Source of the DNA: Octopus vulgaris
Taxonomy: Eukaryota
Length of the DNA: 64,000 nt
Direction of reading: 5' to 3'
NCBI GenBank assembly: GCA_951406725.2
Contig: OX597815.1
Coordinates: 213,900,001 to 213,964,000, forward strand
The notes under the pieces are model-generated. The model worked only from the letters and a program-made list of their open reading frames with translations. It did no database searches and was not told the DNA's origin. A program made the translations under genes and the position numbers. This document shows, piece after piece, positions 1 to 13,446 of this stretch. The first letter of the stretch is position 1, and each line of letters begins with the position of its first letter.

Positions 1-1249
1 GACTAGGTTAAATTTGTTTGTTAAAAACGCTTATTTCACATTGCAACTTAGCCACAAAATAATGTATGGTGTACTAGTAGCACACACATACACACACTTA
101 TACAGACATACACACACATACACGCACACACACAGAGACCTGTACATGCAGCACGCGCTCATAAATATGTGTCCATGTCAGGTGGTAAAAATCGGTGCGT
201 TCAACTAAAATGCCTTGTAGTATTTCGTTCTGGGTCAGTGGACTCTCCTTACGTTCAGTCGAGTTTTTGTCTCTTATGAAGTAAAAGCAAATGCATTCTT
301 ATCGGTGTCAGTGGCTTAAGAACCTTCCATGAATGTGCTCCAGTATGGCTGTACTCTAATGAAAGAAACCAGTGACAGAATAAAATAAAGATGATTGTTA
401 GGGGTTTGTTTCTACTTTCATTTAATAACAGCAGAAGGTTTACATTATGCATCTCTACGTGCTTCTAGTTTAGCCAAGAAGAGCCGAGAGTTTGCTACGA
501 ATCGCGTGTTTTTCAGCATTCAACGAAATACAACGAAATATTTAGACGCTTTACTCACAACATTTACCAGTCTGTACTACAGTTTTCATTCATTTCTTTA
601 ATTTATGTGTTATTTTATTTGTGATTGAATTAAATAAAAGTAGAGTACAGTCAACATATATGTTTGTGAAACAATCAATTTGACTAGTAACGGTACTGAT
701 GCCAGAAAAGTTGGAATATGAAGACTGATGATAACCTGATTAATAATTTGTATTGGAGTGTTAAAAACATTACATAGATATGAAAAGTAAACATATCATA
801 TTTATAGACTCGAAGATAAGGATAAAATGCTTGTGCAGAATTAGTGTTACACGAACGTCGTGCTGGCCAGTCGTAACAATATGCTATTCATCATTTGCAA
901 GTCTCCGCTTAGCAAACAACCGTATTTGTTAACATTTGTGTATTCTTAGCTTTTCTCTTTAATAAACGAGTAATACTTGATTCAAGACTGTTTCACGATT
1001 ATATTTAGGAAGTTGAGCAAGTTTATTCATACTGTTTCATACAAGGAAACAAAAGTAACTCTAAAATTAAATATTAATTATAAATTTTAAAATTCCAGTG
1101 CAGTTAGCAAAACTGTGGAAGTAGAGGACTGAATATGTTACAAGATTTGACCTTGTTCTTAAACAGTTCGCACTTCTACATTATAAGTAGCTTAAATATT
1201 GCCGAAGTTGGTTTTGTTTTTATACACCATAGGTTGTCGAAATAATGAC

Positions 1250-2460
1250 AAGTTATAATCATAAACAGTCCGTCGATAGTCAACGGTGACAGACCATATG
1301 AAGCACCATGACTATCAGAAGGGAATCCATCTCCAACACTGTTTTTTCTGTTCCCAGCTGTTGTAGCCCGGGGGTGAGTATCATCGTTCAGTCTCTTCAA
1401 GCTGCGTTTATCTACATCTTTGTATCTCAGTTGGGGGCGGGGTCTGTCCTTATTTCTCATACCACTAGACAACTGTGGATAGAGTATTTATCTTTTAGTA
1501 ACCGAGTTTCCTCCGTTCATGAGCCATGTCCAAGCCAGCAGAGATTTTGTTCGTTACATAGAGTCAGGGCTTGGCTGATAAAGAACTTCATTCTTTCGGA
1601 TAATAATCTTCAAATCGAACTTTACTACTGCACTGTCGAATGCATTCACCACGTTCTGCATATCTCCAATGATATAAAAGAGCATAATTAACAGTAATTC
1701 TGTTGCCGAAGCCTTACCTCCGTGATGCGTCATCTAAAATAAATTAGCTCCAGATCTTGTCACTATGTAAACGCTTTCAGTTGAGGAGCAGACAGATGCT
1801 TTGGACATCACTGGTAAACACATGGAGAATAACATTTGTAACAGCGGGTAGCCCTGTTGAATTCCACAGTAACATCAACCTGTGTGCAGATCTGAATTTC
1901 ACTTGTGTAACTTGAGCTTTCGTGCTGGTGCCCAAAGACTCCATCGTACGCGAGGATGTTTCTGGAGATCTGAACTTTCTGAGAACATGCTACGTGACCG
2001 ACCGGTTTACCATGTTAAATGTGTTTGTGAAATCATTGAAGACTACCCAGAATGTCTTCTGTTCCACTCATTTCTCCAGAATATGTTGAAAACAGACCAC
2101 TACACTGATGGGGCTTTTCCCTTTCTGAATTCACACCAAGTTTCAAGTAGAATCTCAAACTGTAATTTTTCTCATTCAGACCAATGGAATCTCAGTCTGA
2201 AGTTTCTTAGGGGGTTCTTTCCGAATATGTGAGGGAGAGAAATCCCTCGATAGTTTACGAATTCATTCTTATCACCCTTTTTGAACATAGAGATGGTGTT
2301 ACTATCTTTTTAATTCGATGGAATACTACCAGCCTCTTATGGCCAAGCTTCACCTAGGAGAGACATCTAATGATCATGCTCCCCTATATATTCTGTACTG
2401 CTTTCAGAATCACGTCCACAACTGGCACCAATTCAAGTGACTTGTGCTTCAGCTTAGAAA
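1250..2460 (-). mobile_element. Degenerate RTE-clade (BovB-like) LINE, RT domain and C-terminus
   Basis: Minus-strand pieces FKKGDKNEFVNYRGISL, FNDFTNTFNMVNR (FIDFTKAFDTVNR-like), GIQQGYPL (GVxQGCxL-like) and C-terminal GMRNKDRPRPQLRYKDVDKRSLK (ORF 1176..1472). Many stops and frameshifts. Confidence 0.85.
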
Positions 2461-2641
2461 AAAAAAGAGACTAATAATTATGGAAAAGCTATATTGTTTA
2501 AATCACTCCTTTTTTTCCGAATGGAGAAAGCGCGCTCTGTCTATTTTTCTCATTCTATTTGTTTAGCTGATAATTAGGCACCCTTCGTAATGGAAACTTT
2601 TGGTTGACGATACAAAACCAACTCCATAATCGATAGCTTAC

Positions 2642-2748
2642 AGTTCTTGCTGAAAGTTTACTGAAGCTTAAACTCAAGATGGGCTCCATCATGGAGTCCA
2701 TCATACTGTAAAATTCTGTAAACATATCACCAGAAGTACCCAAAGGAG
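2642..2748 (-). CDS. Candidate internal coding exon (107 nt, phase 1 to 0), product unknown
   Basis: Acceptor tttctcccttgacatttAG, donor ACT|GTAAGC, open frame PLGTSGDMFTEFYSMMDSMMEPILSLSFSKLSART in non-repetitive sequence. No homologue recognised. Confidence 0.4.
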
Positions 2749-4049
2749 CTAAATGTCAAGGGAGAAATGTAAAAAGAAAATACAAATTCCCAATTAGAAA
2801 TTAATAACACTCTACATTTTGTTCATTCTTGAATTACTCACGAACAAATTTGTTTGACTTTCTTCATGATTAGATTTGACTTTCCAGTATTTAACTTAAT
2901 AAATTTCTTTGCGAGCGATCAAAATCCTTCCCCCAGGAATTCCTTCCATTTACTGCAGTAATAAACAAAATCGTCTCTAACCGCGCCCTCCCAAACAAGT
3001 CATCGTTACTTCATCATCGTAGATTCACAATGGTGAAGTGTCAAAGCCATTAAATCTTTCAGCTAATAGGCAAATCTTTTTATTCAACCTACTCCCTATT
3101 CTAACTGACCTAATGAACTGTGTAACACATAGAATAAGTGTTAAACGAATTGATACGATGGCTAGTAGATACGATGGAAGCTGAGCAAAGTTTCTTTAAT
3201 CCTTAAAACGTCGCTGGAAGCTAATGACAAACCAACTACGTGCTTTGACACAATTGAAAGAAAGGAAAGCAATCTCAGTGGAGCCAACCATAAGTTACTA
3301 TGAGTGGAGCTGTGGGGAATTGATAAAGAAAAGCGGAATGCAAAAGATGAACGAGTTCCAGTTGGATTCTTTTGTTATCAAATTGAAATAATATTTGTTT
3401 GTTTCACATCGTTGAGCATTCTAGAGCAAGGGAAAAATCTTTCGGCCAGTTGATCTGCTGCAATACTTTCAATATCTGCTCGAAACCATTTGATCTCTCT
3501 TTCACCGTTCATGGTCTTGAGAAAAATTGAATGTCACGGTATCAACCCACCATGCACACTTTTTAACATTACTATATAAGGATTTTGTGCCCAGTAAAAA
3601 GGAACCCAAATATTTCTTCAACTAAATCAGTTATTTGTTAAAATGGACATTTCTATAACCGTCTGTGTATCATACTTAATGTATACAGATTGTTGATAGG
3701 CCAATTACTAGGCTCTTTGTCAGATGTGCTGTGCTTAAAAACGCAATAAATATCGAAGAGGGACCAGCATTCACCCCAGCAGTTATCAGCGAGAACGCCA
3801 GATGCATTTCCACCTTTCTTGGTTCTCCGCAATCAAAAACATAATTATGTCCTTCGTAGCCTTTCAATTGGAATCCGACGCTGGTTTTAATTTACATAGA
3901 AATTTAGTTTGGTGCGAATGGCAAAGACAATATAACAGCAAACTGTAAACCCAGCTGTAACTATTTCAGCTAATCCGTTTATTGAGTCGAAAATTATCCA
4001 GCTTTACTTTGTCTTTAATTTCTTGAGAATGGATAATATAAACTTTCAT

Positions 4050-4808
4050 AACGGTTTCAAATTTTGGCTCAAGGCCAGAAATTGAGGAATTATTCGATTA
4101 CATCGATCGCAGTACTTGCTTGATACTTTGTTTTATCGAATCTAAAAGGCTGAAAGAAAAATGCGACCTCGGCGGAATTTGAACTCAACATGTAAAGACC
4201 TGGAAGAAATGTCACTAAGCGTTTTTTCTCTAACACGCTAACGATTTTAATATTGATTTCAAATTTTGGCCCAAGGTCAACAATTTCAGGGAGAGCGTAA
4301 TACGATTACATCGACCGCAGTACAGCTGATACTTATTTGATCGACCCTGAAAAGATGAAATGCAAAGTCGACCTCGGCGGAATTTGAACTCAGAACGTAA
4401 AAACGGACGAACAATTCTCTTTTACTCTAGGCACAAGCCTTGAAATTTTTGGGAGGGTGGGCAGTCGATTAGATCGACCTCCAGTACACAACTGGTACTT
4501 AATTTGTCGACCCCGAAAGGATGAAAGGCAAAGTCGGCCTCAGCGGAACTTGAACTCAGAACGTAACGGCAGAAGAAATACCTATTTCTTTACTACCCAC
4601 AAGGGGCTAAACACAGAAGGGACAAACGAGGACAGACAAACGGATTAAGTCGATTATATCGACCCCAGTGCGTAACTGGTACTTTATTTATCGACCCCGA
4701 AAGGATAAAAGTCGACCTCGGTGGAATTTGAACTCAGAACGTAACGGCAGACGAAATACGGTTATGCATTTCGCCCGGCGTGCAAACGTTTCTGCCAGCT
4801 CGCTGCCC
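4050..4808 (-). mobile_element. Tandem chain of four tRNA-derived SINE units (SINE-A)
   Basis: Repeated core cgaccccgaaaggatgaaaggcaaagtcgacctcggcggaatttgaactcagaacgt containing the B-box (GAGTTCAAATTCC on minus). Different 3' tails, a single complete head ending near 4808. Core resembles the MetaSINE central domain (from recall). Confidence 0.9.
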
Positions 4809-4842
4809 TGATTTTGCTATTAAATATCATTTAATAACCTGA

Positions 4843-5055
4843 TAGGCAAGCTGGCAGAATCGTTAGCATACTAGGTAGAATGCTTAGCGGCCTTTCGTAC
4901 GTCTTCACGTTCTGAGTTAAAATCCCGCTGAGGTCAGCTTTGCCTTTCATCCTTTTTGGGCCGATAAAATAAGTACCAGTTGAGTACTGGTGTCGCTGTA
5001 ATCGACTTACCCCCTCCATCAAACTTGCTGGCATTGTGCAAACATATGAAATCAA
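4843..5055 (+). mobile_element. SINE-A copy, head-to-head with the preceding chain
   Basis: ggcaagctggcagaatcgttagc head, gcctttcatcc core, gcattgtgcaaacatatgaaatc tail. Confidence 0.85.
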
Positions 5056-5329
5056 TATTATTTAAAAACAAAATATATTAGAGTCAATTCAAACGAAATG
5101 AATGAGTCTCACCAAAGAAAGAGCTTCTTGATGGTTGATCATTGTATCTTCTCGATACGGAAACTAAACCTTCCTCAAACCATAAGCAACGGGCTTTCAA
5201 AAGGACACATGAGATAATCTTCCCTGAATTAGTACAGTATTTCTGAAAATGAGATATAATGGTATTAGATTGAATATCTTTAATCATAGGTATGCTCTTT
5301 CAGGGCACTTGGCAGAACATACCAGTGTT

Positions 5330-5745
5330 TACTTATGGTCATCGTTCCTTAGAGAGCATAGACAATCGGCAACTTTTCTCCACTGCCCTCGACCAGGGCA
5401 TTCTTTCAATATGGTGGTAGGAAGGCACTTTCCTGAGGAAAGGCCTTTCTGTCCAAGGTTTTGTTGGTTTTGAATTGTTATCGACGCTTCTGTGCCTGTT
5501 TCTTTTTTTCACATTTTTTTTGCTAGGGCTGCTGGTCCTACGCAAATCCATCTTTTTTTTTTTTTACCTCAAGGAGGAAGAAGTGGTTCATATTAGCTTC
5601 ACCGCTATCCCTTGACCTGTCCAGTCAGGTCAAGGGATAGCGGAGGCCCAGCCAGGAGCTCGCAGTCAGCATTGATAGCTCTCTGGTTCATTGAGGTACA
5701 TAAGCGTCGACATCGCACCAAGGACTAGACCTCATAGCGGTCGCA
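5330..5745 (-). mobile_element. Internally deleted RTE derivative (5' UTR-like segment joined to ORF2 3' end)
   Basis: 5590-5740 resembles the conserved RTE 5' UTR (cccttgacctgtcc...ccaggagct...atagctctc...tcattgagg). 5330-5420 on minus reads GRGQWRKVADCLCSLRNDDHK*, like RTE ORF2 C-termini. Confidence 0.55.
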
Positions 5746-6382
5746 TATACCTTGCTTTCACTAATTATTTTCGGTGTTTATGTGCTCAGGAATAACCAGT
5801 ATGTGACAGCAAGAGACGGAAAGGGAGAGAGATAAAGAGAGAGCGGGGAGAGGAGAAGGGAGAGAAAGAGAGAGAGAGACGAGGTGGGGCGGGGAATTCG
5901 TACCAGCACCCTACTCGGATGCTACAAATTGTCATCGGAGTGAAATGAAGCAACGTAAATAGAAAGCTTTGCTCGAGGAGACAACGCACCACTTGGTCCT
6001 TGAATCGAACGCACGATCTTTTGATCGAGAGACCAACATACTAACCATAAAGCCATTAGAATTGTAGAATTTATTGAAACAAACAAAAGGAAAATAAAAC
6101 CCGAATAATAAATCAAACAAATGCCATGAAATAAACGAACTGGACAAATAAATATGTAACAAACACAAATAAAATGGCTATAAATTATCGTAAAAAAAGA
6201 AAACGATGAAAAATCCTATAAAAATAAACTATAAAATACAAATAAAATAAATGTGGACGAAAGGAGACACTTCAAAAATAACTGCGTTAAATGTCCAGTA
6301 TTTGTTCATTTTGTATTTATACACATACATACATGGACACACATATATGTTTGTATATGTACATATGTATATGCATGTATGA

Positions 6383-6428
<46 letters not shown>

Positions 6429-6809
6429 ACGGGTCTTGAAAACCCATTTATCCGCTTGTTTTCTTTCATATGACTGCTACTGCAATGCAGAAATAGCTAA
6501 ATACTGCAAAGGTATTGTTGCGCAACAATCAATAAGCATCCAGATGACAATATCATGTGATTCTGAATTAGAAATAAGTGCAGCCTGTCGTGTGTTAACA
6601 ACGTTTCCTTTTAAAAACATGTCTAGTTTTAACGACTTTATTAATAGAAGCATCACGTTATATAACTTCTTTGGAACGGACGGAAAATAACAATTGCTTT
6701 CTAACCCCAAAGTCTAATTTTGCTATGAATGAATATCGTTTATCGTTACATAGCGGTGACTTAGTTGAATATCGTTTGAGGTTTTGATACAGTTGCCTTC
6801 AGCGACAAT

Positions 6810-7558
6810 CTGACAGTTGTTAAGTACACTGAACAAAATGCTTGGTGGCATATCTTCCGCCCTTTCATGTTCTGAGTTTAAATGCAGTCGAAGTCAATTT
6901 TGTCCTTCATCATTTCAGGATCGACAAAATAAATACTAGTTGAGCACAAGGTCAAGGATATTCTTTCTAGTTTTGGCACAAGGCCAGTAGTTTTGAAGGG
7001 CGGAATCAAGTTGATTTCATCGACCCCAGTAATTAACTGTTAAGTATTTTATCGATCCTGAAAGGAGGAACAGCGAAGTTGACCTCGTCAGGAATTGAAC
7101 TCAGAGCAAAGAGAGTCGGAAAAGATATTGCAAAGCACTCAGTCCGACGCCCCAGCAATTCAGCTAGTTTATCTCCTTCAGCTCAATATTCCTTCTACTA
7201 TTGGCACAAAGCCTGAATGTTTGTGGGGTAGAGGGCTAATCGATTTCATCCACTCCAGTACATGAATGGTACTTATTTTATCGATCCCGAAAGGATGAAA
7301 GTCATAGTCGACCACGGTAGAATTTGGAAGAAAGCTGTATAATAATCCTTCCTACTCTAGGCACAAAGCCTGAAATTTTGGGGGAGAGGACAGTCGATTA
7401 CATCGACCCCACTGTTTCACTGGTACTTAATTTATCGACCCCGAATGGATGAAAGACAAAGTCGCCCTCGACGGAATTTGAACTCATAACATGAAGACGG
7501 ACGAAGTACCACTGATAATTTCGTCCAGCATGCTAACGATTCTGCCAGCTCACCGCCT
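6810..7558. mobile_element. Cluster of four SINE-A copies (one plus, three minus)
   Basis: Same core and tails as 4050-4808, more diverged. Confidence 0.8.
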
Positions 7559-7889
7559 TAGAGCTGAATAATAATAACTTACAGAAATACGCATGCACAC
7601 ACACACAGTACTCAACACGACGGAAATGATATGACGCAGGAGCCTCTATGCTCTCGTTCCCTTCTACTAGAAACAGCAGTTACATTACACTATTCCCGAA
7701 AATAAGGTTGGATAGTCATAGCTTGCATGTGTTTTGATGATAAGTTTACTCAAGCAAATCAACTTAGGGCTAAATATCGCAATAGCAACGATGTCAAATC
7801 TAGAAAGCTTTTACAAGTTAGAGCCATTGGACTATGACCCTTGAAGGGTTTAGTCTATAAAATGGAGCTTTGTACTTACTGTTTTTGAA

Positions 7890-9001
7890 GCCTGGTACTT
7901 ATTCAAGCTCATCCGAGGCCACTTGGTTTCTAAAAGACCATTGCTTTGCTGGATATACTGTTACTTTGCCTTTCTACAGCAAGACAAAATCGGTTTGTAA
8001 AGTACTGACTCTTGGTCATCCGTAACTTCTCATTTGAACGCCAAATCAGAGGGAAAATTAAACTTTACATAACTATTGACAGCTCTTGGATTTTCTGAGT
8101 GAAATACGAACAGGGATGTCACCAGCGGCATTTCCTCCGGGAAGAAGCGTCAGACGATTTTTGGAAACTTTACATACTGGTGTTGATTTTTTTTTCTCCA
8201 GAAATAAACGTTCTATCAGGCCTAAAGCCATTAGAAAAGTACCGTTTTACCAACATTGTATATTTGCTCTGGTGTGTAACTCTCTCCAACAATAATTTTT
8301 TCTCCATCTCCTGGACATAGCTGCCTTTGTATCAGCACTTCAGCTTTAGCAGTCAATCTCGTGTTGGGAAAATTCATATAAGTCTCAAACCTTACAAACC
8401 AGCCTTTACTAGCCTGAAAATATTTTTCATTAGAAATGCTTTCCGTCTTCCTTTTTCTGAAAAATCGCCAGGCAAAACTGTTTTTTTTTCACATACAATT
8501 ATCATAGCGCCTATCGATACGATGCGTCGAGACAGGTCATCGATTCATACAACCGAGAGCTGTTCCATTTTAAACATCACATTATATTAGAGCTATGACA
8601 AAATGTGTTCCGATGAGTTAATGGAGTATCTTCTTGAGCACTCGATTTAATTATCTCTGTTGTTATGTATTGTTTTCACTGTAGACGTTGAAAAGATCGA
8701 TATTCTAGTCACGTGGCTGATTTTTCAATCACATCAAGCGTTTTCAAAACATCAAACCATTTTACGGTTTCTATTCGTACTACCACCTTCAGTTCGATTT
8801 GATGGTACCGGCCATCTTAAATTGTTGGTAAATCCAACAGCGGTGGTGATAAAAATTATCAACAGCAAATATCTAGTAAAAAGCATATCACCAAAAAAAT
8901 AACTGTTTTGTGAGAGTAAAAGACAAACAAAAAGAGACATCTTTTTCCGATGAGGATTGAGGAGATGAAAAGGTAAAGGTATGACGTAGGAGGAAGAACT
9001 G
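7890..9001 (-). mobile_element. Degenerate Tigger/pogo DNA transposon (HTH and N-terminal DDE region)
   Basis: Minus strand PDRTFISGEKKSTPVCKVSKNRLTLLPGGNAAGD matches the Tigger1-type PDRTFISKEEK...SKDRLTLLLGGNAAGD motif. gctagtaaaggctgg gives ASKGW. A TA-CAGTTCTTCCTCC TIR-like end lies at about 9001. Confidence 0.8.
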
Positions 9002-9901
9002 TATAATTACAATTATTTAAAGGTTTACCTTGGTCTTCTATGGTCACTTCGCCTTTGCACCTCTGATTTGAATCGTAAAACTTGACATTCTACTCTCTCT
9101 CACTTTCACATACGCAGACTTCTGTGTTGAGATATAACATATGTAGCTACAGACATTGCTAAGATGCTGACACAAGTATTGTTGTTAGCAGTCGTTTATT
9201 AATAAGTTGCTGGGTTGTTATTAATGGTGGTGTTAATTGCATTGGATTTGGTGTTGGTGATGATGATGATGGTAAGGATATTGTTGATGCTCGTGGTGCT
9301 CTTGTTAACTGCTACTACTACGAGCATTAATATATCTAAGATTACATTATCCAATGTATGACCCAACTTTTTATTATGGTAGATTTAGAGTATGATTATT
9401 AGGCTGCTATTCTACGTAGGTCGATCTACCGTATATAAGGAGCCTGACTCGTTCTTCTCACTTGATGAATTTCTTACCTTTTAGAAGCAGCATGTTTTCG
9501 CACTGGTTAAGGTCGAACTGGTTGCAGTATTAAGAATAAAGAATAATAGATCAGATTTTGTTGCTCATGTTTATCTCTTGTTCTCTTCTGCTCAAAACAC
9601 ATCTGATCAAATTAGCAAATACATTCTAGCCGCGCTCATTCCATCTTTTCAGATATAATTGATTTCAGACTGCAGTTTTCTACCAATTTCTTCCTTTACG
9701 AATGTATATAAAGCACGATTTGAGACAGACTTGCCTGCCAATCCTAGCAGATCGATCGACTGCGTAGAGACCTCCCCACCCTCCGGCCGCTGCGGCTGCT
9801 GGTGATAATGGTATTCATAGCAATAGGCTACAGCCTCAATAACTAAATGGTACTTGAAGTTTCAGTTTGGCAAAACAGAAGACCGCAGCAACAAAACAGC
9901 A

Positions 9902-9973
9902 TTCTTCTTCTTCTTCTTCTTCTTCTTCTTCTTCTTCTTCTTCTTCTTCTTCTTCTTCTTCTTCTTCTTCTTC
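9902..9973. repeat. (TTC)n microsatellite
   Basis: Pure trinucleotide run, source of the poly-Phe ORF. Confidence 0.95.
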
Positions 9974-10896
9974 TCATTGTCAGAAAGTCATAGCACCGAC
10001 TACCTGTTGTGCACACTAACTGATCAATTTTCTTGCTTTGATGAATTTAAATTGTGTTGCTTTGGTTCCTGTGCGCCAATCTATTATACATACACACACA
10101 CACAAACAAATAGATATATATTTACACAAATATACACCCCCACGTTACAAGCATATATCTATGTGTATATATGTGTATCTAAATATGTTGGGTGTGTATG
10201 CATGTATACGTTCACGCATTTAAAACATATATCTCTGCTGTTGTAATTATTTTACAGATTGATGTATTGCTCTTCCCATCGTAATCACAGACAACTTTGT
10301 CTGCATCAGCATTATGATTATGTCGCTGCATTATTCATTGTGTGGTTGTCATAATGGTTCTTATTGCTTTTATTGTTAATCTTGGTGTTACAGTTGATAG
10401 TGTTGCCGTTCACTTAGTTGCTTCCATTTTGTGTGGGAGAGTTGTCCTTGCTATTGTGCCTGTTGTCGTATTAGCCGTTTGCAGTTAACAGGATCAGTGC
10501 AATGCCTGATGAGTCATGTGTTAGATAGGGTTTAGTTGTGATGTTTTCCACATTTAAAATTCAATCAGTTCCACATGCTAGCAACTTATCTTTGAGTTAA
10601 ATACTGTGAAATGCAAACGCTTTCGTCACATCTGCAGGATTAGCTGAATGCTTTCCCTCAGACTACAAGTGTTTCTAAAAAAAAAAAAAAAATGGATGAC
10701 ACTTCCGGTTGGTGTCACTGTTTTCACTGTTTCCGTTCATTTAAAAATGTATCTATTTTCTAACTAAATTCGAACACACATGCAATTATACACATTGCCG
10801 AGTATATGTATATTGACATATGTATATTCGCTAATATACACAAAAGCCACACCCGCATGTATGTGTGTGTGTGTTTGTGCATGTGCGCGCATATAC

Positions 10897-10947
<51 letters not shown>

Positions 10948-11038
10948 CGAATGTATATTCATGGATATGCAAAAAAGTACTCGCCTATGTGTGTATGAAT
11001 ATATATGTGTGTGTACATATAAATATATGTGTATGTTT

Positions 11039-11083
<45 letters not shown>

Positions 11084-11244
11084 AGCACATATGTGTATAT
11101 ATGTTTATGTATGTATGTGTGCTTCCATTTTACAAACAAGAGGTAATCATAAAAGGTTCCTTATTTTCATCGGCTACAAGAACCTTATTTCGATTTGATT
11201 TACAAGGAACACAGAATTAATATACATATGCAAGTATGCGTGCA

Positions 11245-11300
<56 letters not shown>

Positions 11301-11334
11301 TGTGTATTGTGTGTCTCTGTGTTTATGTGCATGC

Positions 11335-11537
11335 TTTCTATTGTAAGGCACAAGGCCTGAAATTTTGTGGCCGAGGGCTAGTCGACCACATCGACCCCAA
11401 TGTTCAACTTGTACTTATTTTATCGTTCTCGAAAGGATGAAAGGTAATGTCGACCTCGGCAGAATTTGGAAAGAGAAGCTAAAACCGAAAGAAACGTCGC
11501 TAAGCATTTTGTCCGGTGTGCTAACTATTCTGCCGCC
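11335..11537 (-). mobile_element. SINE-A copy
   Basis: Tail ggcacaaggcctgaaatttt plus core and eroded head. Confidence 0.8.
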
Positions 11538-12101
11538 TTTCTGTGTGTTTGTAAGTGATTGCTCATCACATGGAAGCCCTGGACTTTATTTTTCAGAAAA
11601 CGGTTTAATACATTGGAAGTAAGCCTTTTATTTTAAAGCTAATTATAAGCATCAGAAGTATTATAAGTTGGGCATGAAACATGTACAGAAACTATATATT
11701 CTGAGGCAGTTCAAATGAAAAGATTAAATGAGGAGGGAATCGAATTAGAAATAATTGAAACTATACACGCACTCTGGGAGTAGAATTATATTCTAGGCTT
11801 TATCTGCCCCTCGATTTAAGCATAAACGTGTGTGTGTACGTGTGTATACACGTGTAAAGAACGCATATTTGTGAAGCTCAACTTGAGTTATCTGCTGAGT
11901 TGCTTGTAATGTAAAAGTTTATGCGAATCAGTATTCCCTGATCAATGAAGATTGTTGATATCTTAAAACAATTTATTGAAAATAAAGTAATTGCATGTTA
12001 CTGAATTTATTTTCAGGCCTGGTCAACTACTACCGCTAATTTATTCTATATTCACTTTGTTGTACACCAGTCCCGGATTAGCTTTGATCAAGACGAGATA
12101 T

Positions 12102-12162
<61 letters not shown>

Positions 12163-12275
12163 AGATATCTGATGGTAGAGGAATAGTATTTAACTACTAT
12201 TTCTAAATTTCGGTATGTGGTGAAGCAATTTGCTGAACCCTAATTAAAATTATGCTTATAATTATAGAAATTTTG

Positions 12276-12360
<85 letters not shown>

Positions 12361-12974
12361 TTTAAATTGAAGGATTACTCAATACATTTGGTAGAGCAAA
12401 AATTCATTATTCTTTGACAATAATAGTATTAAAAGTAACTACTAGCATTGAGGAATATATATATTCACACATATCAGCGTGTGGTTTCGTGTGTGTATAT
12501 ATCTGTGCATATTTGTAATATGATTTATGTTTCCGTTTTTACGCTGACTTTCAGTTATTAGACACAGCACCCACACAGATTGATCTAATCTCGGTGTCCT
12601 CTCTAGTTTTACTCTGATTTTTCTTATCTTTATTAAAAATATTACATGAATAAAAAACGCATAATGAAGGCCAGAAGGTTTTGCTTTTCTATCTTTTATT
12701 TCCAGTCTTGTTACATCGCCAGAAACAAATTTTACCAAGAATTGCTGATATTCAAATGTAATACTGAAACCTGTATTTATTTATTTGTGATTTTTCTTTT
12801 CGGCAAACCGTTTCAAATTGCTTTATCGATGCAAACCGAGGAGAGAGACTTTACGGCGTCTCTCGACTTACCGATCTACGCGTTATCATTCGTTTACTTT
12901 AAGACAACAACACAAGGTCCACTCAAAGGTTTCTAAGCTTGGCGGTTTCTGGTCTAAACTTAACGTTCTCTTTT

Positions 12975-13446
12975 GGGCATAATTCTAGTTTAAGCACCCC
13001 ATATAATCCCTCATAATCTTTTTATTGCTGGGAAATTTCAGAAAATTTGAGCGAATTTGTGTTCTACACACGGCAATTCATATGATTATGAAACAAATAT
13101 TTCAATTTTTCACTCCTCAGCTCTGCCCATAAATCCTAAAATTTCCACTCTTTTCCCACTCTTTTCCCTTGCATGCATCATCATTCCTTTATAAATGTGT
13201 TTATGGGAGAACAATATTGAAAAACATTAATACATGTCAGAGTGACAAAGAAACGAGAAAGGTATCAGGTAGTCGTGAGATGTGCTGAAAACAACTGCTA
13301 ACTCGCCCTTAAATCACACACAATTTTTTTTACATAATCGTAGGAATTCCCATATGTGGAATACACATGCGCAAAAATTTTCTGAGAATTCCAAAAATAA
13401 ACAAGTTATAAGGGGGTATAGGGGTGCTTAAACTAGAATTCTGTCC
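12975..13446. mobile_element. MITE with long (~120 bp) imperfect terminal inverted repeats
   Basis: aattctagtttaagcacccc at 12981 is the exact reverse complement of ggggtgcttaaactagaatt ending 13440. Similarity continues inward for about 100 bp. Confidence 0.8.

Noticed and set aside
3676-3867. 63-aa minus ORF in unique sequence
   Set aside because: No motif and no phase-compatible splice sites to neighbouring candidates.
4050-4808. Repeat-spacer appearance suggesting a CRISPR array
   Set aside because: Units are 160-220-bp SINE bodies with a Pol III B-box, no unique spacers, no cas genes, eukaryotic context.
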